Assembly: GCA_001771585.1 (NCBI GenBank)
Contig: MEUE01000001.1
Location: 21,062-85,061, forward strand
DNA from: a candidate division WOR-1 bacterium RIFOXYB2_FULL_46_45
GTDB lineage: Bacteria; Margulisbacteria; WOR-1; XYC2-FULL-46-14
DNA length: 64,000 nucleotides
Direction of reading: 5' to 3'
Shown: piece after piece, positions 38,879 through 49,650 of the stretch
Layout of the letters: every line of letters starts with the position of its first letter
Position numbering within the stretch: position 1 is the first letter of the stretch
Notes under the pieces: generated by a model
What the model saw: only the letters and a program-made list of their open reading frames with translations
What the model was told of the DNA's origin: nothing
The model's database searches: none
Program-made: the position numbers and the translations under genes

Positions 38879-39744
38879 ATTTACCCGGCCTAAAACTTTT
38901 TCGCAAGGGAAAAGTGCGCAATGTCTTTGACTTGGGAGATAAACTGCTCCTGGTCGCCTCCGACCGCATTTCCGCCTTTGATTCGGTCATGCCCAATGGG
39001 ATCCCGGATAAAGGGAAAATCCTAACCCAGATATCGCTTTTTTGGTTTGATTTAGTAAAAGATATTATTCCCAATCACGTCATTTCAGCCGATGTGAATG
39101 ATTTCCCGATTGAACTTCAAAAATACAAAAAACAATTGGAGAAGCGCTCCATGCTTGGGAAAAAGGCCAAGGGAATTCCGGTTGAATGCGTGGTGCGCGG
39201 CTATCTCTCCGGCTCCGGTTGGAACGAATACCAAAAAAGCCGGACAATCTGTGGGATAAAACTGCCGGAAGGGCTAAAAGAATCTGACAAGCTTTCCGAA
39301 CCGATCTTTACCCCGACCACCAAGGCCGAACAGGGGCATGATTTGAATATCACTTTTGACGAAGTGATCGATACGGTCGGGAAAGAGACGGCCGATTTCA
39401 TCAAACAAAAGACGATTGAGGTCTATTCCGCCGCGGCGGAGTATGCCCTGAAAAAAGGGATAATAATTGCCGATACCAAATTTGAGTTTGGTTTTGTCGA
39501 CAATAAAATAATTCTGATTGACGAGATTTTGACCCCCGATTCTTCCCGTTTCTGGCCGGCCGACCAATACCGCCCGGGGAGCGGACAGCCCAGTTACGAC
39601 AAGCAATATGTCCGCAATTATCTGGTTTCAATCAAATGGGACAAGGAACCTCCCGCGCCAAAGCTTTCGGATGAGGTGGTAGAAAAAACGCGGGATAAGT
39701 ATATGGAAGCATACAGGATGATAACGGGGAAGATTAATTTATAG
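38854..39744 (+). CDS. purC: Phosphoribosylaminoimidazole-succinocarboxamide synthase
   Basis: LFRKGKVRNVFDLGDKLLLVASDRISAFD is the SAICAR synthetase signature. Confidence 0.9.
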   Translation: MEETLQDIDLPGLKLFRKGKVRNVFDLGDKLLLVASDRISAFDSVMPNGIPDKGKILTQISLFWFDLVKDIIPNHVISADVNDFPIELQKYKKQLEKRSMLGKKAKGIPVECVVRGYLSGSGWNEYQKSRTICGIKLPEGLKESDKLSEPIFTPTTKAEQGHDLNITFDEVIDTVGKETADFIKQKTIEVYSAAAEYALKKGIIIADTKFEFGFVDNKIILIDEILTPDSSRFWPADQYRPGSGQPSYDKQYVRNYLVSIKWDKEPPAPKLSDEVVEKTRDKYMEAYRMITGKINL

Positions 39745-40041
39745 CTTCTTCCATAATCTCGTCAGATCTCTTTTTCCGTGAATTATTCCCAATATTACAA
39801 TCCGTGAATCTTCCAACAGATAAATTAATCGGTAGTCGCTTACAAATAATTCCCTTATCTTGGAAGTATCGAATTCCGGAACAACTCGTCCTCTTTCCGA
39901 TAATTGACCAAGAGAATTAGCGGCATTGACGATGTCTTGTACAAAAGAGGCGGCGTAATAATGGGAATCCCTCGCTATGTATTCAGCAATGGATTCGAGA
40001 TCTTTGACTGATTCCTGTGCCCAGACTACTTTTCTAGCCAT
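39739..40041 (-). CDS. parE: Type II toxin-antitoxin system RelE/ParE-family toxin
   Basis: The 100-aa product reads VVWAQESVKDLESIAEYIARDS...RLIYLLEDSRIVILGIIHGKRDL, typical of ParE/RelE. Confidence 0.7.
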   Translation of the reverse strand: MARKVVWAQESVKDLESIAEYIARDSHYYAASFVQDIVNAANSLGQLSERGRVVPEFDTSKIRELFVSDYRLIYLLEDSRIVILGIIHGKRDLTRLWKKL

Positions 40042-40214
40042 TTGGACATCTTCTTTTCGACATCTTTTTGAGAGAGCAATCGTCCTTGTTCGGCATCTTC
40101 CAAACCGTGTTCAACCTTTTGAAGAACATAAAGGTGGTATTGCACATCTTCCAGAGAACAATCTTCCGGTAAACGGGTAAGGAGATTAGTTATTTCTTTT
40201 TTAATGCTTTGCAT
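40026..40214 (-). CDS. Putative antitoxin (addiction-module component) partner of the ParE-like toxin
   Basis: The 62-aa gene overlaps the toxin start by 16 nt. It contains ...HGLEDAEQGRLLSQKDVEKKMSKWL. Confidence 0.5.
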   Translation of the reverse strand: MQSIKKEITNLLTRLPEDCSLEDVQYHLYVLQKVEHGLEDAEQGRLLSQKDVEKKMSKWLEK

Positions 40215-40289
40215 TTGTTCCTCCTTTTATATCTACAACTATAAATTAGTATACCATATAAATAAACGGGCATATGCTATAATTCCCTT

Positions 40290-41345
40290 GTGGAGAAAAA
40301 AACCAAAACAATAAAGATCGGTTCCCTCAAAATCGGCGGCGGGAATCCGATTTCGGTCCAGTCGATGACCAAAACCGACACCTCCGACGTTTCCGCAACC
40401 GTAAAACAAATAAAAGAGCTTGAAGCCGCCGGCTGCCAGATCGTCCGCTGCGCCGTAAAAAACGAAGAAGACGCCCTCGCCATCTCCAAAATAAAAAAAC
40501 AGATCTCAATCCCTTTGGTCGCCGATATCCATTTTAATTATAAATTGGCGGTCATCGCCGTCAACGAAGGGGCGGACAAGATCAGGATTAACCCGGGAAA
40601 TATAGGGGGAGGGGAGAAGATTAAAGCGGTCGTTGATGTCTGTAAAGAAGCAAAAATCCCGATCAGAGTCGGGGTAAATTCGGGTTCGCTTGAAAAAGAT
40701 CTCCTCAAAAAATATAAGCATCCAACTGCCGAAGCTCTGGTTGAAAGTGCTTTGCGGAACGTAAAAATTCTTGAAAAACTTAATTTCAAAGATATTGTCA
40801 TCTCGATTAAAGCAACCAGTGTCATAACAACGATAAAAGCTTACCGTCTTCTTTCCAAAAAGACCAACTATCCGCTCCATGTCGGCATCACCGAATCCGG
40901 AATCCCAAAGACCGGAATTATCCGCTCATCGGTCGGAATCGGCGCGATTTTGGCCGATGGGATAGGGGATACAATCAGGGTTTCATTGACCGGGAATCCG
41001 GTTGAAGAGGTGCGGGTCGGCTTTGAAATACTTAAATCGTTGGAATTAATCCGGCATGGAGTGACCATCATCTCCTGTCCGACTTGCGGAAGATGTAATT
41101 ATGACGTTGAAAAGGTCGCCCTAAAGATTGAAAAACGGACCCGCCGCATCAAATCCCCCCTGAAAGTGGCAATTATGGGCTGTGAAGTGAACGGTCCGGG
41201 CGAAGCCGCCGATGCCGATGTTGGCTTGGCCGGCGGCAATGGAATTGGCATAATTTTCCGCTCCGGAGAGGTGGTCCGCCGCGTTCCCGAAGACGAAATG
41301 ATTGATGCCCTCATTGACGAAATTGAGAGTTTTTCGCTCAAATAA
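40290..41345 (+). CDS. ispG: 4-hydroxy-3-methylbut-2-en-1-yl diphosphate synthase (flavodoxin)
   Basis: IKIGSLKIGGGNPISVQSMTKTDT is present, with Fe-S Cys residues at CPTCGRC...GC. Confidence 0.92.
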   Translation: MEKKTKTIKIGSLKIGGGNPISVQSMTKTDTSDVSATVKQIKELEAAGCQIVRCAVKNEEDALAISKIKKQISIPLVADIHFNYKLAVIAVNEGADKIRINPGNIGGGEKIKAVVDVCKEAKIPIRVGVNSGSLEKDLLKKYKHPTAEALVESALRNVKILEKLNFKDIVISIKATSVITTIKAYRLLSKKTNYPLHVGITESGIPKTGIIRSSVGIGAILADGIGDTIRVSLTGNPVEEVRVGFEILKSLELIRHGVTIISCPTCGRCNYDVEKVALKIEKRTRRIKSPLKVAIMGCEVNGPGEAADADVGLAGGNGIGIIFRSGEVVRRVPEDEMIDALIDEIESFSLK

Positions 41346-41406
41346 GCTAAAAAATAACGCTTTTCTCGTTTTTCTCTCCATGATATAATCGATTTGAGGT
41401 GCAGAA

Positions 41407-42699
41407 ATGATAGAACGTTATACAACGGAAAAGATGGGGAAGATCTGGTCTGAAGAAAATAAATTCCAAAAGTGGCTTGATGTCGAGTTGGCCGCTTGCG
41501 AGGCCTGGGCAAAGCTTAAAAAAATTCCGTCAAAATCACTAAAAAAGATTAAAGAAAAAGCCGCTTTTTCAATTGACCGGATCAACCAGATCGAAAAGAC
41601 CGTTGACCACGATGTAATCGCTTTCTTGACTTCGGTGGCGGAAAAGGTCGGACAGGATTCCCGCTATATACACATGGGAATGACCTCTTCCGATGTCGTT
41701 GATACCGCTTTGTCGCTCCAGCTCAAAGAGGCTTCCGATATCATCATCGACAATGTCGAACGTTTTATCCTGGTTTTGAAAAAGACCGCCCGTAAACATA
41801 AAAATACTATTATGGTTGGCCGATCACACGGAATTCACGCCGAACCGACTACTTTTGGGCTGAAAATGGCTCTTTATATAGAAGAGATGCAAAGAAACCT
41901 GGTCCGTGTGCAGGAAGCCAAAAAGATAATTTCGGTCGGGAAACTCTCCGGCGCGGTCGGGACCTATTCCAATATCGATCCCCAGGTTGAAGCAATCGCC
42001 TGCGAGAATCTGGGCTTGACTCCGGTATCGGTCGCTTCCCAGGTAATCCAGCGCGACCGCCACGCCCAATTTTTAGCCGCTCTTGCCATCACGGCAGCCA
42101 CACTCGAAAAGATTGCCACCGAAATCCGCGGCCTGCAGAGGACCGAGGTTGCCGAAGTCGAAGAGCCGTTCCGGCAGGGACAAAAGGGCTCTTCCGCCAT
42201 GCCGCACAAGAGAAATCCGATCGTTTGCGAACGGGTTTGCGGGCTGGCGCGTCTGGTTCGCGCCAACTCGATGGTGGCTCTTGAAAATATCGCTCTCTGG
42301 CACGAGCGCGACATCAGCCACTCTTCAACCGAGAGGGTCATCCTTCCCGACAGCGCTATTTTGCTCGATTATATGCTTCAAAAGATGATCACGGTCATAA
42401 ACGACCTGAAAATTTTTCCGGACAAGATGAGAGAGAACCTGGAACTGACCCGCGGGCGGATTTATTCCCAGCGGCTTCTGCTGATGCTGGCGGGGAAAGG
42501 ATTAACCCGGGAAGAAGCCTACAGATTGGTCCAGGACGATGCCATGGAATCGTTAAAGACCAGCACAAACCTCAAGGTGCTGGTGATGGCAAATAAAAAG
42601 ATTACCAAACATTTGAGCTTAAAAGAGATCGACAGCGCTTTCAGCACCGCCTATTATTTGCGCAACATTAAGTCGATTTTTAGGAAGCTGGGGCTATAA
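41407..42699 (+). CDS. purB: Adenylosuccinate lyase
   Basis: MIERYTTEKMGKIWSEENKF is a PurB-type N-terminus. The fumarate-lyase signature GSSAMPHKRNP is present. Confidence 0.92.
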   Translation: MIERYTTEKMGKIWSEENKFQKWLDVELAACEAWAKLKKIPSKSLKKIKEKAAFSIDRINQIEKTVDHDVIAFLTSVAEKVGQDSRYIHMGMTSSDVVDTALSLQLKEASDIIIDNVERFILVLKKTARKHKNTIMVGRSHGIHAEPTTFGLKMALYIEEMQRNLVRVQEAKKIISVGKLSGAVGTYSNIDPQVEAIACENLGLTPVSVASQVIQRDRHAQFLAALAITAATLEKIATEIRGLQRTEVAEVEEPFRQGQKGSSAMPHKRNPIVCERVCGLARLVRANSMVALENIALWHERDISHSSTERVILPDSAILLDYMLQKMITVINDLKIFPDKMRENLELTRGRIYSQRLLLMLAGKGLTREEAYRLVQDDAMESLKTSTNLKVLVMANKKITKHLSLKEIDSAFSTAYYLRNIKSIFRKLGL

Positions 42700-42700
42700 A

Positions 42701-42943
42701 ATGGCTGATCGGAAAGTCAAAGTTTATATAAAGAACAAAAAGGGAGTGCTCAATCCGCAGGGAAAGACGGTTGAATCGGCGCTCCATTCTTTGGGCTATA
42801 AAAATGTTTCGGAGATGCGGGTCGGAAAATATATCGAATTTAGGATCCCGGATAAAAATGATGCCAAAAAACAGGTGGATGAGATGTGCCGGAAACTGCT
42901 GGCCAATCCGGTGATCGAAGAATATCGGTTTGAAATAGAATGA
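42701..42943 (+). CDS. purS: Phosphoribosylformylglycinamidine synthase subunit PurS
   Basis: The 80-aa product has [24 protein letters not shown]. Confidence 0.88.
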   Translation: MADRKVKVYIKNKKGVLNPQGKTVESALHSLGYKNVSEMRVGKYIEFRIPDKNDAKKQVDEMCRKLLANPVIEEYRFEIE

Positions 42944-43590
42944 AATTCGGCGTAATTGTATTCCCCGGATCAAACTGCGATCAGGATTGTTTTCATGTCG
43001 TAAAAAATGTCATGAAACAGCCGGTTAAATACATTTGGCATGCCGAAAAGAAACTGGACAACTTTGACTGCCTTATCCTCCCCGGAGGCTTTTCCTACGG
43101 AGATTATTTGCGTTCCGGCGCGATCGCCCGCTTTGCCCCGATCATGGAAGCGGTCAAAAAATTTGCCGGCAGGGGAGGGCGGGTCATCGGAATTTGCAAC
43201 GGCTTCCAGATCTTATGTGAAGCGGGGCTTCTTCCGGGGGCGCTCCACCGCAACAAAAACCTGAATTTTATCTGTAAAAACGTGCGGCTTAAAGTGGAAA
43301 ACAACCATACTATTTTTACAAAACTTTATTCCAAAAATCAGATTGTAACGATCCCGATCGCGCATGCCGACGGGAATTACATAATTGATCCGAAAAGCAA
43401 GGGAAAATTCAAAGTTGTCTTTACCTACCATGGGGAAAACCCGAACGGTTCCGAAGAGAATATCGCCGGGATCATAAATAAGGCCGGAAACATCCTGGGA
43501 ATGATGCCGCACCCGGAACGGGTCGCGGAAGGGATTTTGGGAGGGACCGACGGCCGGCTCCTTTTTGAATCCCTCTTGCAAAATGCTTAA
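42940..43590 (+). CDS. purQ: Phosphoribosylformylglycinamidine synthase glutamine amidotransferase subunit PurQ
   Basis: [16 protein letters not shown] is present, with catalytic Cys GICNGFQ and MMPHPER. Confidence 0.9.
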   Translation: MKFGVIVFPGSNCDQDCFHVVKNVMKQPVKYIWHAEKKLDNFDCLILPGGFSYGDYLRSGAIARFAPIMEAVKKFAGRGGRVIGICNGFQILCEAGLLPGALHRNKNLNFICKNVRLKVENNHTIFTKLYSKNQIVTIPIAHADGNYIIDPKSKGKFKVVFTYHGENPNGSEENIAGIINKAGNILGMMPHPERVAEGILGGTDGRLLFESLLQNA

Positions 43591-44830
43591 ACGCTCTCTG
43601 GCGTTTTTATTCCTATCCTTATTTTTTTTCTCCCCGCTTGAAGCAAAAGTCAAGATTATAACCGAAAAGGACTTGTCCGATATTGCCGTGATCGACGTCT
43701 GGGTCCGCGCCGGATCTAGGAACGAGTCCGCGGAAATAAACGGCATTTCACACTTTTTGGAGCACCTGATCTTTAAGGGATCAAAAAAATATAAGACCGG
43801 AGAGATGGATAAGCTGATCGAAGAGTGCGGCGGGATCGTCAATGCCGCCACCTCGAAGGATTTTACCCATTTTTATGTTACGGTCCCCAAGGAATATTTT
43901 TACCGCGCCGCGGATATCATGTCCGATTCGATTACAAATCCGCTCTTTCCGGAAGAGGAGATCGAAAAAGAGCGTAAGGTTGTCCTGGAAGAGATTTTAA
44001 GGAGCCAAAGCCAGCCGGACAACGAACTTTACGATCTAATTTACGCAAAATGTTTTCGCCTCCACCCGTATCATTATTCGGTTCTCGGAACCGTTCCTTC
44101 GCTTTTGAATATAAAAAAAGCTGATATCACAAACTACAAAAAGAAATTTTATGTTGATTCCAACATGACGGTTTTAGCGGCCGGAAATCTGCCCAATGAC
44201 GCTGCCGGTTATTTAAGCAAAGCTTTTTCCGGCCTCCCGGGCGGGAAAAGGACCGAAAATCTCGAGGCGGAAACCCTTTTCCAAAATAGCCTGCTGGAAA
44301 AGAAAAAGAAGGTCAACAAAACCTATCTGGCGGTCGCTTTTTCCTCTCCATCGGCCCAAAGCCCCGACAGCTACACAATGGATGTCATTTCTATGATAAT
44401 GGGAAGCGGACGCAACAGCCGCTTGAACAAAGAGCTAAAAGAAAATAAACAATTGGTCTGGAGTATCGGCTTTAGCTATCCGACCCCGATTGACCAGAAT
44501 TTGGTCTTGATCTCCGCCGTTTGCGACGCCAAAAAAGTTGAAAAAGCGACCGAAGCGATCTTTACGGAGCTTCGCAAGCTGGCGACTCAACCGGTCAAAC
44601 CGGCGGAACTTGAAAAAGCCAAGACCATAATCGAGGTCGATTATAAGGTTACACACTCCAATCCGCAGTCGCTCGCTTCCAATCTCGGCTACTTCGCGAC
44701 GGTAATCAACGCGGAATACGAGAAGAATTATCTTGAGAATATTAAAAAAGTAACCGCCGACGATATCCTGCGGGTTACCAAACAATATTTTAGTTACTAT
44801 ACCATCGGGAGGATTATCGGTGAAAACTAG
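43565..44830 (+). CDS. M16-family zinc peptidase (pitrilysin-like), active subunit, secreted
   Basis: A signal peptide is present, and the HxxEH Zn motif is [11 protein letters not shown]. Its 5' end overlaps purQ; the start may be the Met at 43583. Confidence 0.8.
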   Translation: MNPSCKMLKRSLAFLFLSLFFFSPLEAKVKIITEKDLSDIAVIDVWVRAGSRNESAEINGISHFLEHLIFKGSKKYKTGEMDKLIEECGGIVNAATSKDFTHFYVTVPKEYFYRAADIMSDSITNPLFPEEEIEKERKVVLEEILRSQSQPDNELYDLIYAKCFRLHPYHYSVLGTVPSLLNIKKADITNYKKKFYVDSNMTVLAAGNLPNDAAGYLSKAFSGLPGGKRTENLEAETLFQNSLLEKKKKVNKTYLAVAFSSPSAQSPDSYTMDVISMIMGSGRNSRLNKELKENKQLVWSIGFSYPTPIDQNLVLISAVCDAKKVEKATEAIFTELRKLATQPVKPAELEKAKTIIEVDYKVTHSNPQSLASNLGYFATVINAEYEKNYLENIKKVTADDILRVTKQYFSYYTIGRIIGEN

Positions 44831-46037
44831 TATTGCGGCAATTATTCTAACTCTTTTGTTGGCGCAGGCCTCTTTTTCGTCGCTAATCGTGAAAGAACTG
44901 CCCGGAAGCGGACTGGTTGCCGTCTCTATTTTTATAAAGGCCTACGGTCCGGCCGCCGCTTTGACCGCCGGGATGCTGGATAAAGGGACCAAAACGCGCT
45001 CTGCCGATAAAATAGCGGAGGAGATTGAAAGTATGGGGGCTTCAATCGGAATAGAGAGCAATCCCGATTATACTGGCGTCTCCTTTTTATCGCTATCAAA
45101 GGATTTTCCAAAAGGGGCGGAAATTTTAAAAGATCTGCTTTCCAACAGTATTTTTCCTCAAAAGGAATTTACAAAAGAAAAAGCGGACGCGCTGGCGGAG
45201 ATCAAGCAGGCAGAGGACAATCCCGACGCGATGGCTTACGACACTTTGCTTTCCATGCTTTATCCAAATCATCCCTACGGTCTCTCTTTTAAGGAGAAGG
45301 CCGCGTATGTGAAGCGCGTAACGCGGCAGGACCTGGTTTCATTTTACCGCCAATCTTATCGCGAGAAAAACATGGTTGTTGCTATCGCCGGAGATATAAC
45401 CTCGGCTGAGGCGGCCAGATTTTTTGGCGACAGCGATAGGGGAGGCGACGGCAAAAATTCTTTGCCTTCGGTAAAAAGCAACCCTAAAGAAATCAACCGG
45501 ACCATAAAAAATAAAAACCTGAAGGCAGACTGGCTACAAATTGGATATCTTGGAACCTCCGTTTTTGACGCCGACTATCCGGCGCTTAAGGTTTTAAGCT
45601 CAATTTTGGGTTCCGGGATGAGTTCGCGGCTTTTTGAAGAGGTCCGCAAGAAAAGCGGCCTGGTCTATTCAATCGGCGCTTTTTATCCGTCCCGGAAAGA
45701 AAAGAGCGACTTTACCGTTTATGCTATCACCGGACACGATAATCTCCAAAAGGTTAAAACTTTAATCTTTAATGAAATTGAAAAGATAAAGAAGACGCCG
45801 GTTACCGAAGCCGAATTAAATCATCATAAGCGCGCGATTCGCGGGAAATACGTGATACAACACCAGGAACTTTCGCGCAAGGCCTGGTTTCTCGGCTGGT
45901 TTGAAGCGGTCGGCCTCGGCGCCGCCATGGACCAAAACTATCCCAATCTAATTAACGCCGTTAAAATTGAAGATATACAAAGAGTAGCCCAAAAATACCT
46001 CAAGTACCCCAAAACGGTGGTTTTGACCGCTAACTAG
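44820..46037 (+). CDS. M16-family peptidase, non-catalytic partner subunit (no HxxEH), secreted
   Basis: A signal peptide is present and the M16 fold is similar to the upstream gene but lacks the zinc motif. The two genes overlap by 11 nt. Confidence 0.75.
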   Translation: MKTSIAAIILTLLLAQASFSSLIVKELPGSGLVAVSIFIKAYGPAAALTAGMLDKGTKTRSADKIAEEIESMGASIGIESNPDYTGVSFLSLSKDFPKGAEILKDLLSNSIFPQKEFTKEKADALAEIKQAEDNPDAMAYDTLLSMLYPNHPYGLSFKEKAAYVKRVTRQDLVSFYRQSYREKNMVVAIAGDITSAEAARFFGDSDRGGDGKNSLPSVKSNPKEINRTIKNKNLKADWLQIGYLGTSVFDADYPALKVLSSILGSGMSSRLFEEVRKKSGLVYSIGAFYPSRKEKSDFTVYAITGHDNLQKVKTLIFNEIEKIKKTPVTEAELNHHKRAIRGKYVIQHQELSRKAWFLGWFEAVGLGAAMDQNYPNLINAVKIEDIQRVAQKYLKYPKTVVLTAN

Positions 46038-46220
46038 AATCCCTGTTAATAACCTCATGTGGATAACCACGGCAATAGCTAGTTTTTGCCATAACAACAA
46101 CTAAAAATAGCTATTCGTCACCCACCATATACTTGACATAAGATATATTATACGACATTGGACAACGGATAAAAACCAATTAAAAACCGTGCTATTTCGG
46201 CTGTTTTTGCTGTGCTTAAA

Positions 46221-47336
46221 TTATCTGTGGACCGATTCACCGATACTGACACCGAGTGAATAGTTGCGGGTCGGATTAAAAAGATCGTCGGCCTGCAAGA
46301 CCAGATCGACATAAGGATTTACCCCATGCGCGCTTCTAATCCTGACTTTGGGCACGTTCGGTTTCGGGTTGTTAATGTCATAAATATCGGTGCTCAAAAG
46401 CCAGGTCGGAGAACCGTACAGATCAAGGCCGCCGCCAAGTTGTGCGTTTATTACTCCCAGCTTAAGTCCCCAAAGCTTGTCAACTTTTTTTGAAAGATAA
46501 ACATCCAGCAATCCGGGAGCCCTTCTGGTAGGCCCCTCCCCCAGTCCGAATCTCAAGAAATCACCCGGCCCCTGAACTATGTCGATATCGCCGCGAACTT
46601 CATTGGCGGTTGTCCCAAGCAGAACATCTCCCGATACTTTTACGTTTAATTTACCGAATGATTCGAAGAAATTATTGGCGGAAGATAAGGTTTTATGCGT
46701 TTCCGCGACGGTCCCTTTAACCGCGGATTGAAACTTGGGGTCGGTTGTTATCGCCATAATCCCGCGGTTGGTCGCCCGAAGTTCTTCGGTCAATTGCTTA
46801 ATATCCTTTGCCACCTGGTCTGCGGTAATAACCGCGCTGGCAAAAGCGTTTTGCAGCTTCGGATCACCAACCAATTTCAAGACATTTTGCAGGATTGCCC
46901 GCGTCTCTTCAAGGTTCTTTGCTCCGATATCTATAAAATCAACGATTCCGGCGGTTGAAATGCCGTTCAACTCTCCGCCTTCGCTGTAAAGCTGATCGGA
47001 AACCCCCGGCCTTATTTCAAGATACTTTAAGCCGACCAATCCGTCAAAACCGACCCGCAGGGTTGAATCCGCCGGTATTTTGAGCCCTCTTTTTACGCGC
47101 GCAAAAACCTTGATATCATACGGCGTCGGATCGATATCCATAACTTTTCCTACATTAAAGCCGCGATAGCGCACTTCGGAACCGATCGTTAGCCCCTCAA
47201 TATTCTTAAAGGACCCGGTAAGCTTATAGCCGCTGCTGATTAAAAAAAGTTCGCTCTTCCAGCTGACAATGATCGCCAAAGCGATCAACGCGCTTAAAGT
47301 GATCAGTCCGACCTTCCCCAATGTAGAAATTTTCAT
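46221..47336 (-). CDS. mlaD: MCE/MlaD-family substrate-binding protein of an ABC transporter
   Basis: An N-terminal TM is followed by an MCE domain (KLTGSFKNIEGLTIGSEVRYRGFNVGKV). Confidence 0.8.
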   Translation of the reverse strand: MKISTLGKVGLITLSALIALAIIVSWKSELFLISSGYKLTGSFKNIEGLTIGSEVRYRGFNVGKVMDIDPTPYDIKVFARVKRGLKIPADSTLRVGFDGLVGLKYLEIRPGVSDQLYSEGGELNGISTAGIVDFIDIGAKNLEETRAILQNVLKLVGDPKLQNAFASAVITADQVAKDIKQLTEELRATNRGIMAITTDPKFQSAVKGTVAETHKTLSSANNFFESFGKLNVKVSGDVLLGTTANEVRGDIDIVQGPGDFLRFGLGEGPTRRAPGLLDVYLSKKVDKLWGLKLGVINAQLGGGLDLYGSPTWLLSTDIYDINNPKPNVPKVRIRSAHGVNPYVDLVLQADDLFNPTRNYSLGVSIGESVHR

Positions 47337-48041
47337 TTAAATCTCCTTTCCGGCCTCCAAAAATTGTTTAACCACCGGTCGATCGGAATCAATCAGCTTC
47401 CCCCGATCAAGCATTATAATACGAGTGGCGGTCCTAAGTATAGTGGTTACCTGGTGCGTGACAATAACGGAAGTTGCGCCGGTCTCTTTCGCGATTTTGT
47501 TGATCAGTTTTTCAATTGTAATTGAAGTCAAGGGGTCCAGGCCGGTGGTCGGCTCATCGTATAAAATAATTTTTGGGTCAAAGGCCAGCGCCCGGGCGAT
47601 TGAAACCCGCTTCTGCATTCCGCCGGACAACTCGGAGGGCATAAGATCATCTTTACCGCTCAAATCAACCAGCTCCAGTTTTCGCGCGACAATCTCTTTG
47701 ATCTCCCGTTCGCTCTTATGAGTATGCTCGCGCAGGGCAAAAGCGACATTTTCTCCAACCGTTAAGGAATCAAAAAGAGCGGAAGATTGGAAGACCATCC
47801 CGATTCCCTGGCGTAATTTTATCAGGCCTTCTTCCTCCAGTTTGTGGACAATTTTACCGTCTATTTCAATCTCGCCTCCGGTCGGATTTTCCAGCCCAAT
47901 TAACAAACGAAGCAAAGTGCTCTTGCCGCAGCCGGAAGGTCCAATCACCGCCAGCTTCTCCCCCTCTTTAATTTCAAGGGAGATCCCATCAATCACAAAG
48001 TGATGGTTAAATTTTTTAGTTAAGTTTTTTATTTTTATCAT
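47337..48041 (-). CDS. mlaF: ABC transporter ATP-binding protein (MlaF-like)
   Basis: Walker A is GPSGCGKST, the signature is LSGGMQKRVSIARAL, and Walker B is ILYDEPT. Confidence 0.88.
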   Translation of the reverse strand: MIKIKNLTKKFNHHFVIDGISLEIKEGEKLAVIGPSGCGKSTLLRLLIGLENPTGGEIEIDGKIVHKLEEEGLIKLRQGIGMVFQSSALFDSLTVGENVAFALREHTHKSEREIKEIVARKLELVDLSGKDDLMPSELSGGMQKRVSIARALAFDPKIILYDEPTTGLDPLTSITIEKLINKIAKETGATSVIVTHQVTTILRTATRIIMLDRGKLIDSDRPVVKQFLEAGKEI

Positions 48042-48802
48042 TTAAAAAATAAGACCGACAAAAAATAATTTAAGATAAATAAAGCGATCAAACAGGCGAC
48101 TACGGAACCGGTCGTCGCTTCCCCCACCCCTTTGGCCCCGCCCCTGGTATTTAACCCTTTATGGCAGGCAATGATTGCCAAAACCACGCCAAAAACCAGC
48201 GACTTGATGATCCCGCCAAAGACATCCCATAATTTCAAAAGCTGCTGCGCCGAGTTCATGTAATCAATCGCGTTGATCTTGATCGCATAAACGGCCACCG
48301 CGTAGCCGCCAAAAAAACAGACCATATCCGCCAGAATAGTCAAAAGAGGCATCATCAGCATACAGGCCCAAAAACGGGGAATGACCAGGTAACGGATCGG
48401 ATTGCTCCCCAGGGCGGAAAGGGCGTCAATCTGCTCGGTTACTTTCATCGTCCCGAGTTCCGCGGTGATGGCGGAGGCGACCCGGGCGGAAATGATGATC
48501 CCGCTCAAGGCCGGAGCCAATTCCCTGGCTACCGCGATCGCCATAACGCCGCCGACAAATTTGCTGGCGCCGAATTTTACGAATTCGGTCGCAACCTGGA
48601 CCGCGAAGACCATCCCGACAAAAGCGGCGCCGATTAGGGCGATCGGAAGAGAATCGACTCCCATCTTTACCATCTGTTCGAGCGTCAGATCCACCCTGGT
48701 TTTTCCCTTAAAAATATTCGAAAGGGTTGAGGTAAAAAGAAGGGTTATCTCTCCGGTCTCCTCCAAAAAAGCGGCAACCGTCTTTTTTATTTCTTCAAGC
48801 AT
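48038..48802 (-). CDS. mlaE: ABC transporter permease (MlaE-like)
   Basis: The 254-aa polytopic protein is of the MlaE family and is translationally coupled to mlaF. Confidence 0.8.
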   Translation of the reverse strand: MLEEIKKTVAAFLEETGEITLLFTSTLSNIFKGKTRVDLTLEQMVKMGVDSLPIALIGAAFVGMVFAVQVATEFVKFGASKFVGGVMAIAVARELAPALSGIIISARVASAITAELGTMKVTEQIDALSALGSNPIRYLVIPRFWACMLMMPLLTILADMVCFFGGYAVAVYAIKINAIDYMNSAQQLLKLWDVFGGIIKSLVFGVVLAIIACHKGLNTRGGAKGVGEATTGSVVACLIALFILNYFLSVLFFK

Positions 48803-49650
48803 TGTAAAATTGCCTCCGGGACCGCTTCGGCAACATCCGTCGCGATCAAACCGTGGATTCCCTTTTGTTTTACCGCGAGATCTCCCGCCAGCCCGTGGAG
48901 ATAAACTCCCAAAATGGCCGCTTCGTAGGGAGAGGTTCCCTGGGCGATAAAAGAAGCGATAATTCCGGTTAAAACGTCCCCCATCCCGCCGCTGGCCATC
49001 CCCGAATTTCCGGTCGTATTAACGTAGAATTTTCCGTCGGGGGTAGCGACAACCGTCCCTGCCCCTTTCAAAACACAGATGACCCCCCATTTTTTTGCCG
49101 CATTCTTGGCGGCGGCAACCCGGTCGGCTAAAATAGCATCGATTGAAACGGCCAATAGCCGGGAGAGCTCTCCGGGATGCGGAGTTATTACCGCCGAGGA
49201 CTTAAAACGCATCAAAATGTTCGGGTTTTCGGAGATAGAATTCAAACCGTCGGCGTCGATCACGATCGGCTTGTTCCACCCGGTGATTTTTTCAAGAATG
49301 CTTGAGAAAGAGAGCCCCGGTCCGATCGCTATGACATCGGATTTTCCGGCCAATTCCAAAATTTGCGGGACGGTCCGGTCGCTGATCAAGCCGCGGATAT
49401 TTTCCGCCAGGCCGTAAGTAATTGATTCCGTAACCGCGATATCAATTAAACCGGAGATGCTTTTAGGGGCGGCAATTTTTACCAGTCCCGCGCCGGAACG
49501 AAGCGCACCTTTGGCACAGAGTATCGCGGCGCCGGACATTCCGGGAGAACCGGCAATAATAAAAACTTCACCGCAGTTCCCCTTGTGGGCATTGACCGCC
49601 CGACAGGGTAAAAGGCTTCGGTAATACTCTTTTTGTTTTATTTTAGCCAA
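48787..49650 (-). CDS. nnrD: NAD(P)H-hydrate dehydratase (YjeF C-terminal domain)
   Basis: HKGNCGEVFIIAGSPGMSGAAILCAKGALRSGAGLV is the YjeF_C signature, with GGMGDVLTG. Confidence 0.85.
   Translation of the reverse strand: MAKIKQKEYYRSLLPCRAVNAHKGNCGEVFIIAGSPGMSGAAILCAKGALRSGAGLVKIAAPKSISGLIDIAVTESITYGLAENIRGLISDRTVPQILELAGKSDVIAIGPGLSFSSILEKITGWNKPIVIDADGLNSISENPNILMRFKSSAVITPHPGELSRLLAVSIDAILADRVAAAKNAAKKWGVICVLKGAGTVVATPDGKFYVNTTGNSGMASGGMGDVLTGIIASFIAQGTSPYEAAILGVYLHGLAGDLAVKQKGIHGLIATDVAEAVPEAILQCLKK

Noticed and set aside
46038-46220. Possible promoter or terminator hairpins (ggcaatagctagtttttgcc, ccgtgctatttcgg) in the convergent M16/mlaD spacer
   Set aside because: The stems are short and imperfect and the T-runs ambiguous. 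This could be a bidirectional terminator but is not convincing from sequence alone.
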